Shown here: positions 18,353 through 21,390 of the stretch, piece after piece
Numbering within the stretch: the stretch's first letter is position 1
How the letters are laid out: every line of letters starts with the position of its first letter
Origin: Nitrospinaceae bacterium
Lineage (GTDB): Bacteria > Nitrospinota > Nitrospinia > Nitrospinales > VA-1
Assembly (NCBI GenBank): GCA_046754465.1
Contig: JBHHVU010000053.1
Coordinates: 1 to 21,390 of the forward strand
Length of the DNA: 21,390 bases
Reading direction: 5' to 3'
Made by a program: the position numbers and the translations under genes
The notes under the pieces: generated by a model
Seen by the model: only the letters and a program-made list of their open reading frames with translations
What the model was told of the DNA's origin: nothing
Database searches by the model: none

Positions 18353-20332
18353 GTGAAAACCCCTGGTATCAGCGGCTGGGCCGCGGGAGTATTACTGATG
18401 TTTATTCCGGTATTGGCAAGCGCGGGTTCGCTTGAGAAATTGGTGATGCCGGGTCCCGTCATTCAGGGACACGCCAAACTGGAAGGAGAGTGTACCCAGT
18501 GTCATTCTCCCTTTCAGAAAAGGAGTCAGAATATCAAATGTCTCGATTGTCATAAAAAAGTGGCCGCCGACATCGACACGGGAAAGGGATTCCACGGCCG
18601 CCGCGAAGGTTTGCGGCAAATGAAGTGCAAGCGTTGTCACACCGAGCATATAGGACGGAAGGCCGATATCATTCAGTTGGACGAGGAAACGTTCGATCAT
18701 CGTCTGACGGACTTCTCCCTCGAGGGAGCGCACCGGCGGGTCCGGTGCGAGGGTTGTCATCGTCCCCAAAAAAAATACCGGGACGCGCCCGGAACATGCC
18801 TCGGCTGCCATCGGGACGATGACCCCCATTTGGGAAGACTGGGAAAGATCTGTTCGAAATGTCACAACCAACAGGCCTGGAAAAAGGGACGGTTTGACCA
18901 CGGGAAGCAAACCAAATTCGCCTTGAAAGGCAAACACCGAAACGTGAAATGCAACGGGTGCCATCCCAACCAGCGATACAAGAATACCCCGTTAACCTGC
19001 GTTTCCTGCCACGGTCTCGATGATTACCATGGCGGGGAGTTCGGGAAAAAATGCGGGTCCTGTCACGCCGCGGATGATTGGAAAAAGGCCCGCTTCGACC
19101 ACGGAAAAGCCACCCGGTTTCCCTTGAAGGGAAGGCACGCTCCCCTGGAATGCAAGGCCTGTCACACCGGACCCCTTTACAAAAAGAAACTGAAAAGGGA
19201 CTGCATCGCGTGTCACCGAGAAGACGATGACCACAAAGGCGGGTTCGGACCCAAATGCGAGTCCTGCCATACTCCATTAAAGTGGTCTCGGGTCACTTTC
19301 GACCACAAAAAAGACACCAAGTTCGCACTGCGTGGAAAACATTCCCGGTTGGAATGCCGGGCCTGTCACCGTGGAAACGCCTACGAGGAAAAACTTGGGA
19401 AGCGGTGTTTTTCCTGCCATCGGCCGGATGATGTGCATAAAGGTCAGGAAGGAGAAAAGTGCGAACGGTGCCATAACGAATCTGCCTGGAATAAGCCGGT
19501 GGGATTCGACCACCGCCAGACCCGGTTCCCGCTTTTGGGGCTGCACGCCCGGACCACCTGTGAGGCCTGTCATCTCACCCAGGAATTTAAAAATGCGCGG
19601 ACCGATTGCGTCGATTGCCACCAAAAGGACGATGCCCACGGCCGGCACCTTGGCGGGGAGTGTGGTTTGTGCCACAGCCCGGACGGTTGGAAATTTTGGA
19701 AATTCGACCACGATACACAGACCGATTTCGTGCTGACCGGGTCTCATGCGGGACTGGAATGCAAGGCCTGCCACAACCGACCGGTGGAGCGGAGAATCCA
19801 GCTCCCCCAGACCTGTTACGGCTGTCATCAATCGGATGATATTCACAAGGGACAGGAAGGAAAACGGTGCGACCGCTGCCACGATCAAAAAACCTGGGGG
19901 AAAAATATCCGCTTCGACCATGACCTGACCCGGTTCCCCCTCATTGGAATTCACGCCGTCATCACCTGTGAGGACTGTCACCTTTCCGGTGAGTTCAAAT
20001 CCATCGAATCCCGCTGCGTGGATTGTCATGAAAAGAACGATTACCACAAGGGTGGCCTGGGCGTCGATTGCCAATTATGTCATAATTCCAATCACTGGAA
20101 TTTGTGGAAATTTGACCACAACACGCAAACGCGGTTTGTTCTGGATGGAGCCCATGAAGGACTTCAGTGCGGGGCCTGTCACTCCAAGCCGGTGAAACAT
20201 GATTTGAAACTGTTCAGGGCATGTTCCGCCTGCCACCAGGCGGACGATGTTCACGGAGGAAGGTTTGGACAACGTTGCGAACGGTGCCACGTGACCCGGA
20301 CCTTCAAGGAAATCCGCCTGAGGCGTCAATGA
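18353..20332 (+). CDS. Periplasmic multiheme cytochrome c, 27 CxxCH motifs (nine triheme c7-like modules)
   Basis: Signal peptide ending LASA. 27 CxxCH counted by hand in repeating FDH..T.F.L.G.H....CxxCH...CxxCH..DD.H.G..G..CxxCH....W units. Confidence 0.95.
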   Translation: MKTPGISGWAAGVLLMFIPVLASAGSLEKLVMPGPVIQGHAKLEGECTQCHSPFQKRSQNIKCLDCHKKVAADIDTGKGFHGRREGLRQMKCKRCHTEHIGRKADIIQLDEETFDHRLTDFSLEGAHRRVRCEGCHRPQKKYRDAPGTCLGCHRDDDPHLGRLGKICSKCHNQQAWKKGRFDHGKQTKFALKGKHRNVKCNGCHPNQRYKNTPLTCVSCHGLDDYHGGEFGKKCGSCHAADDWKKARFDHGKATRFPLKGRHAPLECKACHTGPLYKKKLKRDCIACHREDDDHKGGFGPKCESCHTPLKWSRVTFDHKKDTKFALRGKHSRLECRACHRGNAYEEKLGKRCFSCHRPDDVHKGQEGEKCERCHNESAWNKPVGFDHRQTRFPLLGLHARTTCEACHLTQEFKNARTDCVDCHQKDDAHGRHLGGECGLCHSPDGWKFWKFDHDTQTDFVLTGSHAGLECKACHNRPVERRIQLPQTCYGCHQSDDIHKGQEGKRCDRCHDQKTWGKNIRFDHDLTRFPLIGIHAVITCEDCHLSGEFKSIESRCVDCHEKNDYHKGGLGVDCQLCHNSNHWNLWKFDHNTQTRFVLDGAHEGLQCGACHSKPVKHDLKLFRACSACHQADDVHGGRFGQRCERCHVTRTFKEIRLRRQ

Positions 20333-20440
20333 TGCCGCATGAAAAATGCGGGGGATACCCATTCCGCCGCCGCCAGGAAAGTTCGCGGGAAAATGAGTTT
20401 GATGAAACATCTCCTTAAAAAAATGATGCCGCATGAAAAA
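20328..20440 (+). repeat. Perfect 19-bp direct repeat at the junction of the two cytochrome genes
   Basis: AATGATGCCGCATGAAAAA at 20328-20346 and 20422-20440 (94-bp period). Confidence 0.85.
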
Positions 20441-21390
20441 CATCGAACCTGGATTCCAGGATTGATGATCCTTTGGATTCTGTTTCTTGCCCAGGTTCCG
20501 GTGGCATCGGCCTCCCTGCCCGTACTGGTCCAGGGGGCGAAATCCCTCCCCACCCGCGTAACAGGCCCGGATGAGGCGAAGCAAAAGGAATTCGTCCGGT
20601 TCGCGGGAATCCTGGATGGGATTTCCAATTTTGGGAAGGATGTTTCCGACTTCCTGTTCGGCGGGAAAACCTCCGGCAAGGACTCCAAGGCCCGGGCCCG
20701 GCCCTCCAGGCGGGAATCCCCCTCCAGGACGGAAACGGCGAGTCCTGGGTATTCTTCCAGGGAACCGTCTTTTGAGTTCGATCATTTCGCGACAGGGTTC
20801 CCCCTGACCGGGGGGCATAAAAGGGCTTCTTGTGAAAGCTGCCATGTCCGTGGAAAATTCAAGGGGGTCTCCAGAAAATGTTCCACCTGTCATGACCAGG
20901 GTGGAACCGTGGGTGCCACGCACGTGCCCTACAGTCACATTAAAACCACCCAGACCTGTGAACTCTGCCATACCACGGGCACCTGGAGCCGGGTCACCCG
21001 GGTAGACCACTCCGCGGTCCAGGGGACTTGCTTCAGTTGCCACAACTGGGCCCGGACCAAGGGAAAGAATGCCAACCATATCCCCTCAACGAACCAGTGC
21101 GAGAACTGCCACAATACGACGTCGTGGGCCAAGGCCCGGTTCGACCACGTGGGAGTGACGGGAAGATGTTTCCGCTGCCACGACCAGACCACGGCGAAAG
21201 GAAAAACTCCCACCCACATGGCGACCGCCGATACCTGCGAGGATTGCCATAATACGTCATCCTGGAGTTCTATCAAGGTGGACCATGCCGCGATCCAGGG
21301 GACCTGCCTCAGCTGCCACAACGGCAAAACAGCCAAGGGGAAATACTCGGGTCACATTTCCAGTTCCAATCAGTGCGAGGATTGCCATAA
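20339..21390 (+). CDS. Second secreted multiheme cytochrome c (at least 9 CxxCH, 3'-truncated by window edge)
   Basis: Hand translation of a frame absent from the ORF track. In-frame ATGs at 20339, 20393, 20402 and 20423; signal peptide MMPHEKHRTWIPGLMILWILFLAQVPVASA; then CESCH, CSTCH, CELCH, CFSCH, CENCH, CFRCH, CEDCH, CLSCH, CEDCH with no stop. Confidence 0.92.
   Translation, partial: MKNAGDTHSAAARKVRGKMSLMKHLLKKMMPHEKHRTWIPGLMILWILFLAQVPVASASLPVLVQGAKSLPTRVTGPDEAKQKEFVRFAGILDGISNFGKDVSDFLFGGKTSGKDSKARARPSRRESPSRTETASPGYSSREPSFEFDHFATGFPLTGGHKRASCESCHVRGKFKGVSRKCSTCHDQGGTVGATHVPYSHIKTTQTCELCHTTGTWSRVTRVDHSAVQGTCFSCHNWARTKGKNANHIPSTNQCENCHNTTSWAKARFDHVGVTGRCFRCHDQTTAKGKTPTHMATADTCEDCHNTSSWSSIKVDHAAIQGTCLSCHNGKTAKGKYSGHISSSNQCEDCH

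Noticed and set aside
20330..20341. TGA readthrough or selenocysteine fusing the two in-frame cytochrome genes
   Set aside because: The second gene has its own hydrophobic signal peptide, no SECIS-like stem is evident, and the shared frame is explained by the 94-bp insertion.

Overview
GC-rich bacterial chromosomal window. The gene mix (fused AroD-AroE, plant-type LeuCD, secreted FGE-like and RI-type LRR proteins) suggests Nitrospinota, but this is inference only. Left part: the end of a flagellar cluster (fliD-like fragment, flgN-like, FlgM-like ORF), aroDE, a DASS/SLC13 transporter, a radical SAM/SPASM gene, leuCD, FGE-domain and LRR proteins, a small ORF and a SYLF lipoprotein. Right part: an orphan CcmI/CycH-like TPR gene, divergent across a very AT-rich control region from an operon with a sigma54-type promoter. 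That operon encodes a membrane-anchored ferredoxin/TrxR-fold flavoprotein, a secreted Sel1-ankyrin protein, a His-rich cytochrome-b-like membrane protein, a 27-heme cytochrome c, and a second multiheme cytochrome that the ORF track missed and that runs off the window. Together these resemble a PCC3-like extracellular electron-transfer conduit with a possible NAD(P)H input. Two non-coding signals stand out: a candidate sigma54/enhancer-driven structured sRNA (about 3143-3253), and a higher-order ~98-bp tandem repeat array with double hairpins (4862-5246) that overlaps the radical SAM stop codon.
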